64,000 nt of DNA, taken from an uncultured bacterium (lineage in GTDB: Bacteria; Fidelibacterota; Marinisomatia; Marinisomatales; Marinisomataceae). The stretch spans positions 437 through 64,436 of the forward strand of contig CAJJCZ010000012.1 in NCBI GenBank assembly GCA_905182795.1, in the 5' to 3' direction. The translations under genes and the position numbers were made by a program. Below, in pieces: positions 49,704 through 62,213 of this stretch. The notes below the pieces were generated by a model, which did not search any database, was not told the origin of the DNA, and worked only from the letters and a program-made list of their open reading frames with translations. Numbering within the stretch: the first letter of the stretch is position 1; every line of letters starts with the position of its first letter.

Positions 49704-50447
49704 CTATTCAGAAATTTGTCGTAATCGTTCAAAAACAATTGCGCTGACAGCTGAGGACACATTAAGAGAATTCATATTATTTGACATTGGAATTGTAGCA
49801 GTAAAATCAGAATTTTTTAATACCTGCTTACTCACTCCATTGCCTTCGCCACCAAAGATTAATATGGAACGACCTTTTAAATCCATTGAATACCAATCTT
49901 TTGCATCAATATTATTTTCAAAACTTGTAATCCAAAAATCATTTTTCTTAAAATGCTCAATAGTTTGATTAATATTGACTGCAGAATACAGAGGTATCTT
50001 CGCAAAACCTCCTTGACTTACTTGAGCTACCGCACTAGTCATAGACACGCTATTTCTGTCAGTAATAATAACTCCATCAACACTTCCTCCAGCACAAATA
50101 CGTAGTATCTGACCTAAATTGTGAGGATCTTGAACTTGATCAAGAATAACGTAACATGAATTTTTTTGTTCTGTTACTGGTAGAGATGAGAAGCTTGATG
50201 CTTGTGCTTTTATCAATATTCCTTGAGATCTATTACTATCAATCTTTTCCCTGAAACTATGACCATCAAGTATAGTAACTTTATCTTGAGGTATTTTTTC
50301 ACATAATGTTTTGATACCTTGATGATTATATGCAGGAGAGTTTTTTTCAATATAAATTCGATTAACCTCTATTAGGCTTGACTCAATAGCATCATGACAT
50401 CCATTGATGCCATACACTGAAATTCGATGTTTTGTAAATTTGTCCAT
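49704..50447 (-). CDS. SpoU/TrmH-family RNA 2'-O-methyltransferase (RlmB-like)
   Basis: N-terminal substrate-binding-like domain followed by SpoU motifs (LDQVQDPHNLGQILR, IFGGEGNGVS, IPMSNNMNSLNVS). Confidence 0.8.
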   Translation of the reverse strand: MDKFTKHRISVYGINGCHDAIESSLIEVNRIYIEKNSPAYNHQGIKTLCEKIPQDKVTILDGHSFREKIDSNRSQGILIKAQASSFSSLPVTEQKNSCYVILDQVQDPHNLGQILRICAGGSVDGVIITDRNSVSMTSAVAQVSQGGFAKIPLYSAVNINQTIEHFKKNDFWITSFENNIDAKDWYSMDLKGRSILIFGGEGNGVSKQVLKNSDFTATIPMSNNMNSLNVSSAVSAIVFERLRQISE

Positions 50448-50477
50448 AAATTATGCTTAAATTTAGTAAAAAAATTG

Positions 50478-50876
50478 ATGATAAAAATTAAAGAATCAGA
50501 ATTAAACTTTTCATTTATAAGATCTCGAGGTCCTGGAGGTCAGAATGTAAATAAAGTTTCTACTGCTGTCCAGTTAAGATATAATATTGTTAATGCTGAT
50601 ATTCCAGAAGATATTAAGAATAGATTTTGTGATAAGTATCATAATAAAATATCAAAAAATGGTGATGTGATTATTGTTGCACAATCCTATAGAACACAAA
50701 ATAAAAATAAAATAGATGCTATCAAGAGGTTAGAAAGTTTATTTTCAGACATAAAGATTCCTGTTAAACGAATTGCTACGAAACCTTCTTGGAGTTCTCA
50801 GGTTAAAAGAGTGAAAAGTAAAAAAAAGAGATCAGTATTGAAGAAAAATAGAAAAAAGGTAATCCTAGATGAATAA
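50478..50876 (+). CDS. arfB: Alternative ribosome-rescue factor ArfB (peptidyl-tRNA hydrolase, ICT1 family)
   Basis: RSRGPGGQNVNKVSTAV GGQ motif and a basic C-terminal tail. Start trimmed to the ATG at 50478. Confidence 0.85.
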   Translation: MIKIKESELNFSFIRSRGPGGQNVNKVSTAVQLRYNIVNADIPEDIKNRFCDKYHNKISKNGDVIIVAQSYRTQNKNKIDAIKRLESLFSDIKIPVKRIATKPSWSSQVKRVKSKKKRSVLKKNRKKVILDE

Positions 50877-51414
50877 GTATATTATTATTCTATTCATATC
50901 ATCTTTTTTGATAGCTCAAGAAGAAATTGAAAAAAAAGATCTTTCTATTCCACCTCTACTAGAAGAAGAAATGACGGATCTTGAACTAATGTTAGTTGCT
51001 GATATAAATACCAACGAAACTTTAAGTGAATTTTTAAAACTAAATGTAATTTCTAATTCTTTAAAATTGAATGCACCTCGATATGATCGTTTTGCTAAAA
51101 AAAATAATGTTGGAATGTTACTCCCAGTTAATACTTCGTCGTCACTTTATCTAGATGCGGGTATTCAAGGTTGGATTGAAGCGAATAAATATGTTCAAGA
51201 AAATAATGATAGTTATTCTGTCGGATTTTTTGGGAGTACTGGAGAAAAATTTAGTTATTATAATTCAAGAAAAGGATATATAGATACAGATAATTATTTT
51301 AAAGATTCTTGGGATAAGCGATCCACCGATGATTACATTCGCTACATGCACATATCTCCTTATATGCCTGACTCTGAACAAAATACAATATATGACCCCA
51401 ATCGAACTCAATAA
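50869..51414 (+). CDS. Hypothetical secreted protein
   Basis: Signal-like MNKYIIILFISSFLIAQ. Overlaps arfB by 8 nt and murE by 23 nt. No family recognised. Confidence 0.5.
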   Translation: MNKYIIILFISSFLIAQEEIEKKDLSIPPLLEEEMTDLELMLVADINTNETLSEFLKLNVISNSLKLNAPRYDRFAKKNNVGMLLPVNTSSSLYLDAGIQGWIEANKYVQENNDSYSVGFFGSTGEKFSYYNSRKGYIDTDNYFKDSWDKRSTDDYIRYMHISPYMPDSEQNTIYDPNRTQ

Positions 51415-52843
51415 AGCTCTAGACGGTGTCGTAGAACTCGATAATTCACTGCTTGAGAAACAAGTATTGGGAATTAGTATCAACTCGAAAGATATTAGTC
51501 CGGGATTCGTATTCGTTGCTATTAATGGAGCTAAATTTAATGGAAATGATTTTATAGATGAGGCACTGCTTAAAGGTGCAATATGTGTTATTAGTGATTC
51601 AAAAAATATAGAACAGTCTAGTAAAATTATTAAGGTGAAAAATGCTAGAGAAGCACTTGGAAAAATTGCAGCTAACTTTTATGATCATCCTGAAGATAAA
51701 ATTAAACTTATTGGCGTGACAGGAACCAATGGTAAGACTTCCACAACACTAATATTAAAAAGCATTCTTGAGTCTTATGGTAAAAAAGTGCTTCAAGTTG
51801 GAACTCTAGGGATTATTCCAAATATAGTTAATAATGATTTTGGTTTAACTACTCCCAATTCTATAGATATTTTTAAGATACTCAATACTGCAGTACAGAA
51901 AGAGTACGATTTTGCTATATTGGAAGTTTCATCGCATGCTTTGTCTCAGAATAGAGTTGATAATCTTAGATTTGATTTTGCAGGCTTTACTAATCTTACT
52001 TTAGACCATTTAGACTATCATGGCACTATACAGAACTATTTCAATGAGAAGAAAAAATTATTTGGACTGATAAAAGACAATGGATCGAGTTTGATACTTA
52101 ATGATAGCATATATGGCAAAGATATTTGTAATGAATATGATAACACCAATACTATATCCCTTACAAATAAAGATGCAGATTTTTATTGTGTAGATTTTAA
52201 TTTAAATCATAATGGCACTACTGCTATTTTTAATTTTAAAGGTACATCTATAGAGGTTACTTCAAAACTAGTAGGAAAGTATAATCTCGAAAATATTATT
52301 TTAGCTGCTACAGTTGCTTTTGAGGCAGGAGTTGATATAAAATCTATTAAAGAAGGAATTGCTTCATGTGAATTTATTCCTGGGAGATATGAATCTATAT
52401 TGAATAAAGGTCCAGCTATTATTATCAGTGACTATGGACATACTCCAGATGCATATACTAATGTTTTACAATCTATCAAGGATGTATATCATAATAAAAA
52501 TATTAAAGTTTTATTTGGAGCTGGCGGCAATAGAGATAAGTCAAAAAGAGCAGAAATGGCAAAAGCGATAGAACTTTTTGCAGTTCAATGTTATTTGGCT
52601 CCTGACAATCCAAGATTTGAAAATATTGATGATATCAATCATGAAGTTGTAAAAGGTTTTTCAAAAAATATTTATCAACTATTCAATGATAGAGAAAAAG
52701 GGTTAATAGCAGCACTAGTAGATTTAACTTCAGCTGATATCTTAATTATTTTTGGAAAAGGCAATGAAGAGTATCAAGAGATTAGTGGCAAAAAATTACA
52801 TTATTCTGATAGAAAAATTATAGAGGAATTTTATGAGAATTGA
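51392..52843 (+). CDS. murE: UDP-N-acetylmuramoyl-tripeptide synthetase
   Basis: GTNGKTST P-loop and Mur ligase middle and C-terminal domains (DYGHTPDA). Start set at MTPIELNK. Confidence 0.9.
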   Translation: MTPIELNKALDGVVELDNSLLEKQVLGISINSKDISPGFVFVAINGAKFNGNDFIDEALLKGAICVISDSKNIEQSSKIIKVKNAREALGKIAANFYDHPEDKIKLIGVTGTNGKTSTTLILKSILESYGKKVLQVGTLGIIPNIVNNDFGLTTPNSIDIFKILNTAVQKEYDFAILEVSSHALSQNRVDNLRFDFAGFTNLTLDHLDYHGTIQNYFNEKKKLFGLIKDNGSSLILNDSIYGKDICNEYDNTNTISLTNKDADFYCVDFNLNHNGTTAIFNFKGTSIEVTSKLVGKYNLENIILAATVAFEAGVDIKSIKEGIASCEFIPGRYESILNKGPAIIISDYGHTPDAYTNVLQSIKDVYHNKNIKVLFGAGGNRDKSKRAEMAKAIELFAVQCYLAPDNPRFENIDDINHEVVKGFSKNIYQLFNDREKGLIAALVDLTSADILIIFGKGNEEYQEISGKKLHYSDRKIIEEFYEN

Positions 52844-54119
52844 TATACAGCAATCTGAATTATTTACCGAATACTTCTCAAATGAAATTGATTGTAAAAT
52901 TGATTATTTAATATCCGGCATTAGTACAGATAGTAGAGATATTAAAGATGGCGATTTATTCTTGGGCCTTAAAGGAGAGCATTTTGATGGATCTAATTTT
53001 ATCAATCAAGCTATTGCAAATGGAGCGGTTTGTTCTCTTGTAGAGTCTGGCATTAAATCGGATAATATATTTATTGTTAATGATGTCACATCACTAATTG
53101 GAAAGATTTGTGCTAGATGGATGAACGATTTTAAAGGTTATACTATTGCGATAACAGGAACGAACGGTAAAACAACATCAAAAGATATGATATATCATAT
53201 CTTAAGTAAATCAGGCCATCGCGTATGTAAAACTGAGGGTAATTTTAATACATCTATTGGAGTTCCTTTGAGTATATTTTCTTTTCCAGATAATGCAGAT
53301 TATTATGTACTAGAACTTGGAGCAAATCAGGTTGGAGATATCAAAAATTTTTCATCAATGATTAAGCCAAACTGTGCTATTGTAACCAATATATCTGATG
53401 CTCATTTAGAGGGATTTGGTTCTTTGGATAATATTATCAAAGAAAAAACATCTATCTTTGATTATTCAGATATAGGATTTTATAGATCACAGATTAATAT
53501 TGATTATTCAAACTCTAAAATCAAATTATTATCAAATAGTTTAGAAAATTTTCATTATCCAGAAAAGCTGAATTTGATGTTTGATAAAAACAGAACTTTG
53601 CTGGAAAACGCTTTCACGGTATATCATGCTTGTAATGCTATCATAGATATATCTATTGATGATTTCTTTACGTTAATTGAGGACTTTTGTTTGCCAAAAG
53701 GTAGAGGACAAGTACATCTTCTAGATAATAACATAAAAATGATTGATGATACATATAATGCAAATCCCGAATCTGTTAAAGCAGCAATTGACAATCTTGT
53801 AAGGTATGACAATAAAGGAAGAAAGATATTTGTTTTTGGAGATATGAAAGAGCTTGGTATTGATGAGGCAAGGTTTCACACGCAGATTGGTGAATATTGT
53901 TCAGAAAAAATTGACATTATAATGTGTTATGGTGATTTAGCAAAAAATACTATTAATCATAGTAACAAAATTCCAATACAGCTACATTTTGATACGAAAG
54001 AAAGCCTATCCAATAAACTTTGCAGCGAGCTTCAAAAAAACGATGTAATTTTATTAAAAGGTTCTCGTAGTATGAAATTAGATTTGATAATAAAAGATAT
54101 TATAAATTATGTTAAATGA
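52833..54119 (+). CDS. murF: UDP-MurNAc-pentapeptide synthetase
   Basis: GTNGKTTS P-loop, DDTYNANP motif; position between murE and mraY. Confidence 0.85.
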   Translation: MRIDIQQSELFTEYFSNEIDCKIDYLISGISTDSRDIKDGDLFLGLKGEHFDGSNFINQAIANGAVCSLVESGIKSDNIFIVNDVTSLIGKICARWMNDFKGYTIAITGTNGKTTSKDMIYHILSKSGHRVCKTEGNFNTSIGVPLSIFSFPDNADYYVLELGANQVGDIKNFSSMIKPNCAIVTNISDAHLEGFGSLDNIIKEKTSIFDYSDIGFYRSQINIDYSNSKIKLLSNSLENFHYPEKLNLMFDKNRTLLENAFTVYHACNAIIDISIDDFFTLIEDFCLPKGRGQVHLLDNNIKMIDDTYNANPESVKAAIDNLVRYDNKGRKIFVFGDMKELGIDEARFHTQIGEYCSEKIDIIMCYGDLAKNTINHSNKIPIQLHFDTKESLSNKLCSELQKNDVILLKGSRSMKLDLIIKDIINYVK

Positions 54120-55218
54120 AATATTAGAGCCATTTAAAGATTACTTTAGTTTTTTAAATCTATTTGAGTATATCACATTTAGAGCAGGTGCAAGTGCAAT
54201 ACTTTCTCTATTAATCAGTTTTATTTTTGGCCCATTTGTTGTTAGAAAGTTAACAGAATTACAAATTGGAGAATCCATTGGAGATCATGGTCCAAAAAGT
54301 CACCACAAGAAACAGGGTACACCGACTATGGGTGGAGTACTCATTATTCTTGCAACAATTATACCCACTTTATTATTTGCAGATACGAGTAATCTATTTA
54401 TAAGGATTATTTGTTTTTCAATGGTGTGGATGGGTTGTATTGGTTTCTATGATGATTATTTAAAATCTGTTAAGAAAAGAAAGGGTGGACTAAAAGGAAG
54501 ATATAAATTAATTGCACAGTCAATGTTAGGTATAGTAATCTCTTTTCTTATTATCCAATCAAATGTATATGGAGAATATACTCTATCTACTTTTGTACCA
54601 TTCTTAAAAAACGCATCAATCAATTTCTATTATCCTTTAATTTATGCATCCTTTGTAATTCTTGTTGTCTCAGCAACATCAAATGCTGTCAATCTTACCG
54701 ATGGTCTTGATGGGCTAGCTGCAGGATTGCTTGCAATTTCTATCATTGTATTTGGAGTTATTTCATATATATCTGGTAGAGTTGATTTTTCTGATTATTT
54801 AAATATTGCCTATATCCCACTTGCAAGTGAATTAACAATATTTGCTGCTGCATTTTTTGGTGGATGCTTAGGGTTTTTATGGTTTAATGCAAAGCCAGCA
54901 TTAATTTTTATGGGAGATGTAGGATCTCTTTCAAGTGGAGCAGCCCTAGGAACATTAGCAATTCTATTGAAAAAAGAAGTACTCCTAATCATTGTTGGCG
55001 GAGTGTTCGTTATTGAGACATTATCAGTAATTTTACAAGTACTGTATCATCGATGGACAAAGAAGAAGTATGGTACTCCAAGAAAGTTATTTTTAATGGC
55101 GCCAATCCATCATCATTTCGAACTTAAAGGATGGCCTGAATCAAGAGTAGTGGTACGATTTTGGCTTATTGGAATCTTATTTGCATTACTATCTCTTACA
55201 ACGTTTAAGATTAGATAG
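54109..55218 (+). CDS. mraY: Phospho-MurNAc-pentapeptide translocase
   Basis: NAVNLTDGLDGLA, MGDVGS and APIHHHFE motifs. Confidence 0.95.
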   Translation: MLNEILEPFKDYFSFLNLFEYITFRAGASAILSLLISFIFGPFVVRKLTELQIGESIGDHGPKSHHKKQGTPTMGGVLIILATIIPTLLFADTSNLFIRIICFSMVWMGCIGFYDDYLKSVKKRKGGLKGRYKLIAQSMLGIVISFLIIQSNVYGEYTLSTFVPFLKNASINFYYPLIYASFVILVVSATSNAVNLTDGLDGLAAGLLAISIIVFGVISYISGRVDFSDYLNIAYIPLASELTIFAAAFFGGCLGFLWFNAKPALIFMGDVGSLSSGAALGTLAILLKKEVLLIIVGGVFVIETLSVILQVLYHRWTKKKYGTPRKLFLMAPIHHHFELKGWPESRVVVRFWLIGILFALLSLTTFKIR

Positions 55219-55220
55219 AA

Positions 55221-57014
55221 ATGAGAAGAAAAACTGTTACTGTAAAAGTTGGTATTGTTAATATCGGAAGTAATCATTCTATTAAAACTCAATCTATGAC
55301 TACAGCATCAACACTTGATACTAATGCTAGCGTGGAAGAGGCTATTAGAATTATTGATGCAGGAGCAGAGCTTGTACGATTTACAGCTCCAAATACCAAA
55401 GAAGCTGAAAATTTAGAAAATATTAAATCTGCCATAAGAAAAAAAGGTTATGACACGCCCTTTATTGCTGACATACACTTTGTACCTAAAGCTGCACTGA
55501 CTGCTGCAAAAATTGTTGAAAAGGTTCGAATCAATCCTGGAAATTATGTCGATACAAAAAGATTTAAGGTTATTGAGTATGATGATGAAACTTACAATAA
55601 AGAAGTAAAAAGAATCGAAGAAAAATTTGTACCCCTTATCGATATTTGTAAGGAAAATAGTACAGCAATGAGAATTGGCACTAATCACGGTTCTCTTTCT
55701 GATAGAATTATGAATCGATTCGGAGATACTCCCTTAGGTATGGTGGAGTCGGCATTAGAATTCTTAAGAATTTGTAACAAGAATGACTTTGATCAAGTAG
55801 TGTTATCTATGAAGTCTAGTAATCCGCTTATAATGATTCATGCTTATCGATTATTAGTACATAAAATGGAATTAGAAGATATGCATTTCCCTCTTCATCT
55901 TGGCGTGACAGAGGCTGGAGACGGTATTGATGGTAGAATTAAATCTGCGCTAGGTATAGGTACATTATTATCTGAAGGTATCGGAGACACTATCAGAGTT
56001 TCGCTTACGGAAGATCCTGAATTTGAAATTCCTGTTGCAGATAAGATCTTGAAAAAGATTAATAGCTTAGATTCCAAATATCCAATCGACTATGATGACC
56101 CTAGATCAGTTTCATACCTGAAAAGATCTACCAATGGCTGCGCTAATATAGGAGCAAATAATGTTCCAGTAGTAATCTCAACTTCTGGTGAAGCCTTTGA
56201 AGACTGTTTACCTGATTATGTGTATATAGAACAGATTGCTAATATCCAAAGTGGTCAAAAATGTATTCTTCCATATGATTTATGGGTTGATACTAAGCAG
56301 AGCAACCTGTTTCCTTTTTTTGATTCATTACAGTCTTATAGAAAAGCAAATGCTCTATCAGATGAATTAAATTTTGTACAATTAGATATGAGAAGATTAA
56401 CTAATACTATAGTCAGCTCAATGCCATCAAATGTTATTTTTGTATTAAATATCGATGGATATAATAGCTCTGATATGAAAAAAAGTTTTAATTTTTTTGA
56501 GAAAAATAATATACTAAATCCAGTTATCCTGAAAGGTAGATATGACTCAAATGATTTTGAAAAAATTGTGGTAGAAAGTTCTATTGATTTCGGATCACTT
56601 TTGCTCGAGGGTTATGGTAATGGTTTATGGATAGAATTTGGAAGCTATTCAGACAAGATTAATGAGTTAAGTTTTTTAATACTTCAAAATACTAGAACAA
56701 GAATTTTTAAGACCGACTATATATCATGTCCTTCATGTGGAAGAACGAAGTTTAATTTACAGGAAACTACAGCTCTCGTTAAAAAGCATACTAGCCATCT
56801 TAAGGGTCTCAAAATATCAGTAATGGGATGTATTGTAAACGGACCTGGAGAAATGGCCGACGCAGACTATGGCTATGTAGGTTCAGGTATTGGATTAATT
56901 TCTCTCTATAAAGGTCAGAATGTAGTTAAGAAAAATATTATCAGTGAAAATGCAGTAGATGAGTTAATCACTTTAATCAAAGATAATAACGATTGGATTG
57001 AACCAAAAATTTAA
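55221..57014 (+). CDS. ispG: HMBPP synthase, long form with inserted domain
   Basis: GcpE motifs RINPGN, CPSCGRT and GCIVNGPGE. At 597 aa it carries a large central insertion relative to the ~370 aa enterobacterial form. Confidence 0.9.
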   Translation: MRRKTVTVKVGIVNIGSNHSIKTQSMTTASTLDTNASVEEAIRIIDAGAELVRFTAPNTKEAENLENIKSAIRKKGYDTPFIADIHFVPKAALTAAKIVEKVRINPGNYVDTKRFKVIEYDDETYNKEVKRIEEKFVPLIDICKENSTAMRIGTNHGSLSDRIMNRFGDTPLGMVESALEFLRICNKNDFDQVVLSMKSSNPLIMIHAYRLLVHKMELEDMHFPLHLGVTEAGDGIDGRIKSALGIGTLLSEGIGDTIRVSLTEDPEFEIPVADKILKKINSLDSKYPIDYDDPRSVSYLKRSTNGCANIGANNVPVVISTSGEAFEDCLPDYVYIEQIANIQSGQKCILPYDLWVDTKQSNLFPFFDSLQSYRKANALSDELNFVQLDMRRLTNTIVSSMPSNVIFVLNIDGYNSSDMKKSFNFFEKNNILNPVILKGRYDSNDFEKIVVESSIDFGSLLLEGYGNGLWIEFGSYSDKINELSFLILQNTRTRIFKTDYISCPSCGRTKFNLQETTALVKKHTSHLKGLKISVMGCIVNGPGEMADADYGYVGSGIGLISLYKGQNVVKKNIISENAVDELITLIKDNNDWIEPKI

Positions 57015-57082
57015 ATTCGTGATTCCTTGACGAAGTTAAGTTTTATTAGTAATGTAGCCTCAGATACAAAAAACTATATAAT

Positions 57083-58126
57083 ATGGAAGATATATACAAA
57101 ATGATTTTAACTATGAATTTGATGCCACTTATCGTTGTGGTAATAGGAACATTCTTAGGTATTTTATTTAAAAAATACTTATTTAGTAAGCTAAAGAATT
57201 TGTCAGACAGTAGTTCGTGGAAAGGTGATGATGTAGTCATTAATGCAATTGATTCTGTGATTGTTTTTTGGTTTTTTCTTGGCTCTCTTTCAGTCGCTTT
57301 TAATGATATAAATTTTGGAGATCCATATAATGGGTATATATCAAAAATAATAGTTTCTTTCTTAGTAATGTCAATGACTGTTACTGCCTCTAGGGTGTCA
57401 TTAGGACTGCTTGATGTATGGTCTAAAAATAACACTTCTCTTCCATCTACTGGTATTTTTAAGGGCTTAATTAATGCTACTATTTTTTCACTAGGATTTT
57501 TATTTGTTTTACAATCATTTGGAATATCAATTACTCCACTTATCACCGCTTTAGGTGTTGGTGGTTTAGCTGTTTCTCTGGCTTTAAAAGACACTCTTTC
57601 AGACTTATTTGGTGGAATTAATATCATTTTAAGTAAGACAATGAAAGAAGGAGATTATGTGGAGCTCAGTAATGGATATCAGGGATATGTTAAGAATATT
57701 GGATGGAGATATACTACCATACAAGAAAGAGCAAATAATGTGATATCAATCCCAAATTCTGTTCTTTCTGGATCTGTATCAAAGAATTATACTTCTATGG
57801 ATGCAGCTTTCAGAGTACCAATACAGGTAGGAGTTTCTTATGATAGCGATTTAGATCACGTAGAAAAAGTAGCTCTAGAAGTAGCAGGAAAGATTTATGA
57901 AGAGCTAGACTGTGTCAGCAAGGATTATAAGCCAACAATTCGATTTAGAGAGTTTGCGGCCTCAAGTATTAACTTCTTTATTTATTTTCAAGGAAAGAAA
58001 TTTGGAGATCATAATGTTATTTTGAATGCATTTATTAAAAAACTTCATAAGCGCTTTCAAGAAGAGAGTATTGAAATTCCATATCCTATTCGCACAGTAA
58101 TACATAAAAATGAAGCTAAGAATTAA
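57083..58126 (+). CDS. MscS-family mechanosensitive channel
   Basis: N-terminal TM helices, pore-helix-like GVGGLAVSLALKDTLSDLFGG, beta-domain and C-terminal domain. Confidence 0.8.
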   Translation: MEDIYKMILTMNLMPLIVVVIGTFLGILFKKYLFSKLKNLSDSSSWKGDDVVINAIDSVIVFWFFLGSLSVAFNDINFGDPYNGYISKIIVSFLVMSMTVTASRVSLGLLDVWSKNNTSLPSTGIFKGLINATIFSLGFLFVLQSFGISITPLITALGVGGLAVSLALKDTLSDLFGGINIILSKTMKEGDYVELSNGYQGYVKNIGWRYTTIQERANNVISIPNSVLSGSVSKNYTSMDAAFRVPIQVGVSYDSDLDHVEKVALEVAGKIYEELDCVSKDYKPTIRFREFAASSINFFIYFQGKKFGDHNVILNAFIKKLHKRFQEESIEIPYPIRTVIHKNEAKN

Positions 58127-58547
58127 ACCCTTTAACGATAAAGCAAAAGCTTTATATGAAAATCATTCACATTTCCATTCAGGGGATGCTGGATTAGATT
58201 TATTTGTAGTAGATGATCAGGTTATTCCTGGAAATTCTACACAACCTATTCATTTACAAGTTGCATGTGAAAATTTAGATAATAAGGCATATTATTTATT
58301 TCCTAGATCTAGTATCTCAAAGACCCCTATTCGATTAGCTAATTCTATTGGATTAATTGATGGAGGCTATAGAGGAGAACTTGTAGGAATGGTTGATAAT
58401 ATATATAGCGAAGATTATCATGTGAAAAGCGGAGAAAGATATTTTCAGTTAGTAGCTGTTGATAGTTCACCAATTGAATTTGAACTAGTAGAAGAGTTAT
58501 CAGATTCCAGTAGAGGTGAAGGCGGTTTTGGGAGTACTGGAAAATAA
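58110..58547 (+). CDS. dut: dUTP diphosphatase
   Basis: GDAGLDL, GLIDGGYRGE and C-terminal RGEGGFGSTG motifs. Confidence 0.85.
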   Translation: MKLRIKPFNDKAKALYENHSHFHSGDAGLDLFVVDDQVIPGNSTQPIHLQVACENLDNKAYYLFPRSSISKTPIRLANSIGLIDGGYRGELVGMVDNIYSEDYHVKSGERYFQLVAVDSSPIEFELVEELSDSSRGEGGFGSTGK

Positions 58548-58582
58548 TTCCAGAGGATATTGTTTTAATAAATAAAATTAGT

Positions 58583-58611
58583 TTGATATTCCTGAGGATT
58601 TATACTAAGAT
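58583..58611 (+). promoter_or_regulatory. Candidate sigma70-type promoter of groES-groEL
   Basis: TTGATA (58583-58588), 17-nt spacer, TAAGAT (58606-58611). The -10 hexamer is the same as in the mraZ candidate. No CIRCE inverted repeat seen. Confidence 0.35.
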
Positions 58612-58659
58612 TCAACCGCAAAAATTTTTAATAAAAATAAGTTAAATAACGGAGGAAAA

Positions 58660-60640
<1,981 letters not shown>

Positions 60641-60666
60641 TGTTGTTTATCACAAAATAAATACAT

Positions 60667-60696
60667 AAAAAACCCTCATCTTTGAGGGTTTTTTGT
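60667..60696 (+). terminator. Rho-independent terminator after groEL
   Basis: AAAAAACCCTCA-TCTT-TGAGGGTTTTTTG: a GC-containing stem with an A-tract and a T-tract on either side. Confidence 0.8.
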
Positions 60697-60710
60697 TTGT
60701 AATATTGTCT

Positions 60711-61073
60711 ATGGAAAAAATTATAATAAAAGATATCAGATTAGTTGGATTTCATGGCTTATATGATTATGAGAAAAAAGATGGTGTTAATCTTGGTTTT
60801 GATATAGAATTATTTTTTCACAATCAAATAAATAATAACAGCGACGACATTAATAAAACTATTAATTATGTTGATGTTATCGATACTGTTAAGCGTATTA
60901 ATTCATCAGGTAGCTTCAATTTGATAGAAACGCTATGTCATAACCTTCTCAACGAAATACTAGAGCTTTATAAGCCCTTAAAAGCAATCGTAAGGATAAG
61001 AAAGTTTAAATTGCCAATAGATACACCACTTAGCTTTATTGAGGTCGAAATGACAAAGGAAAATAATGTCTAA
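60711..61073 (+). CDS. folB: Dihydroneopterin aldolase
   Basis: ~120 aa with IKDIRLVGFHGLYDYEK; sits upstream of and overlaps folK. ATG at 60711 preferred over the TTG, which lies inside the terminator. Confidence 0.8.
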   Translation: MEKIIIKDIRLVGFHGLYDYEKKDGVNLGFDIELFFHNQINNNSDDINKTINYVDVIDTVKRINSSGSFNLIETLCHNLLNEILELYKPLKAIVRIRKFKLPIDTPLSFIEVEMTKENNV

Positions 61074-61572
61074 TATTATTCATTTATCCCTAGGGTCAAA
61101 TTTGGGAGATAGGGAGTCCAATATTGCTTCATCCATTGCTATGCTTGGCGCTTATATAGAAAATAAAGACATAAGAACATCTTCTTTTTATGTATCAGAG
61201 CCGTTGTATAATACAAATCAACCTCCATTTATAAATATTATTGTTGAATTAAATACAGCATTTACACCATTTCAATTTTTAGATAAAATTCATGATATAG
61301 AAAAAATGTTAGGACGTAAAATAGATAGAGAAAAAAATGCTCCAAGAACAATTGATATCGACATAATTCTTTTTGGAGATGCTTTTATTCATACAGCTGA
61401 ACTTACTATTCCACATTCTCATGCTTTATTGCGTAAATTTGTATTAGTTCCATTAGCGGAACTTGTTCCGGATAAGATTTTTCCTGGAACAAAGCATAAG
61501 ATGATTGATTTATTAGAAAAATGTCCTGATACTTCAATAGTAGATAAATATTTAATCGATAAAAAAGCATGA
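61066..61572 (+). CDS. folK: Hydroxymethyldihydropterin pyrophosphokinase
   Basis: LSLGSNLGDR, PRTIDIDIILFGD, LTIPHSH and RKFVLVPL motifs. Confidence 0.9.
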   Translation: MSNIIHLSLGSNLGDRESNIASSIAMLGAYIENKDIRTSSFYVSEPLYNTNQPPFINIIVELNTAFTPFQFLDKIHDIEKMLGRKIDREKNAPRTIDIDIILFGDAFIHTAELTIPHSHALLRKFVLVPLAELVPDKIFPGTKHKMIDLLEKCPDTSIVDKYLIDKKA

Positions 61573-62210
61573 GCCAACTAGAGTCATATATCGCAATAGA
61601 AGGTCCTATAGGAGTAGGAAAAACAAGTTTAGCAAAAATGATTGCTGAGAAACTAAATGCTAGAAAAGTATTTGAAGACTTTAAAAGCAATCCATTTTTA
61701 GAAGAATTTTATGAAGACCCAGATAGTAACGCTCTTCAAACTCAAATATGGTTCCTATTACAAAGATATCAACAGCAACAAAAAAAGATTAGGCAATTGG
61801 ATGCATTTCAAAAAGGAGTAATTACAGATTATATGTTTGAAAAAGACAGATTATTTGCTGAGTTTACTCTGAGATCTCAAGCTGAATTTGAATTATATTC
61901 GAATGTTGCAGATATATTAGAGAAAGATATTATAAAGCCAGATATGGTAGTTTATTTGCAGGCAGATACTTCACGTTTAATGAAAAACATTAAACAGAGA
62001 GGTCGAAATTTTGAGAAAGGTGTTACAACTGAATATATCAATCAGGTGAATGAAAAATATCAAGAATTTTTTGTTAATTACGACGAAAGACCTCTTCTTG
62101 TTATTAATGCTAATAATATCGATTTTGTTAATAATTCAGATGATTTTGAAAATTTATTAGAAGTTATAAAGGAGCCTGCAAAGGGAAGAAGATATTTCAA
62201 CCCTTCATAA
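61569..62210 (+). CDS. Deoxynucleoside kinase family protein
   Basis: P-loop IEGPIGVGKTS, an ERS-like region and a RGR lid (IKQRGRNFE). Confidence 0.8.
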   Translation: MSQLESYIAIEGPIGVGKTSLAKMIAEKLNARKVFEDFKSNPFLEEFYEDPDSNALQTQIWFLLQRYQQQQKKIRQLDAFQKGVITDYMFEKDRLFAEFTLRSQAEFELYSNVADILEKDIIKPDMVVYLQADTSRLMKNIKQRGRNFEKGVTTEYINQVNEKYQEFFVNYDERPLLVINANNIDFVNNSDDFENLLEVIKEPAKGRRYFNPS

Positions 62211-62213
62211 ACT

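Noticed and set aside
58548-58659. Looked for a CIRCE (TTAGCACTC-N9-GAGTGCTAA) heat-shock operator upstream of groES.
   Set aside because: No such inverted repeat is present. Only a sigma70-like TTGATA-17-TAAGAT pair was found.
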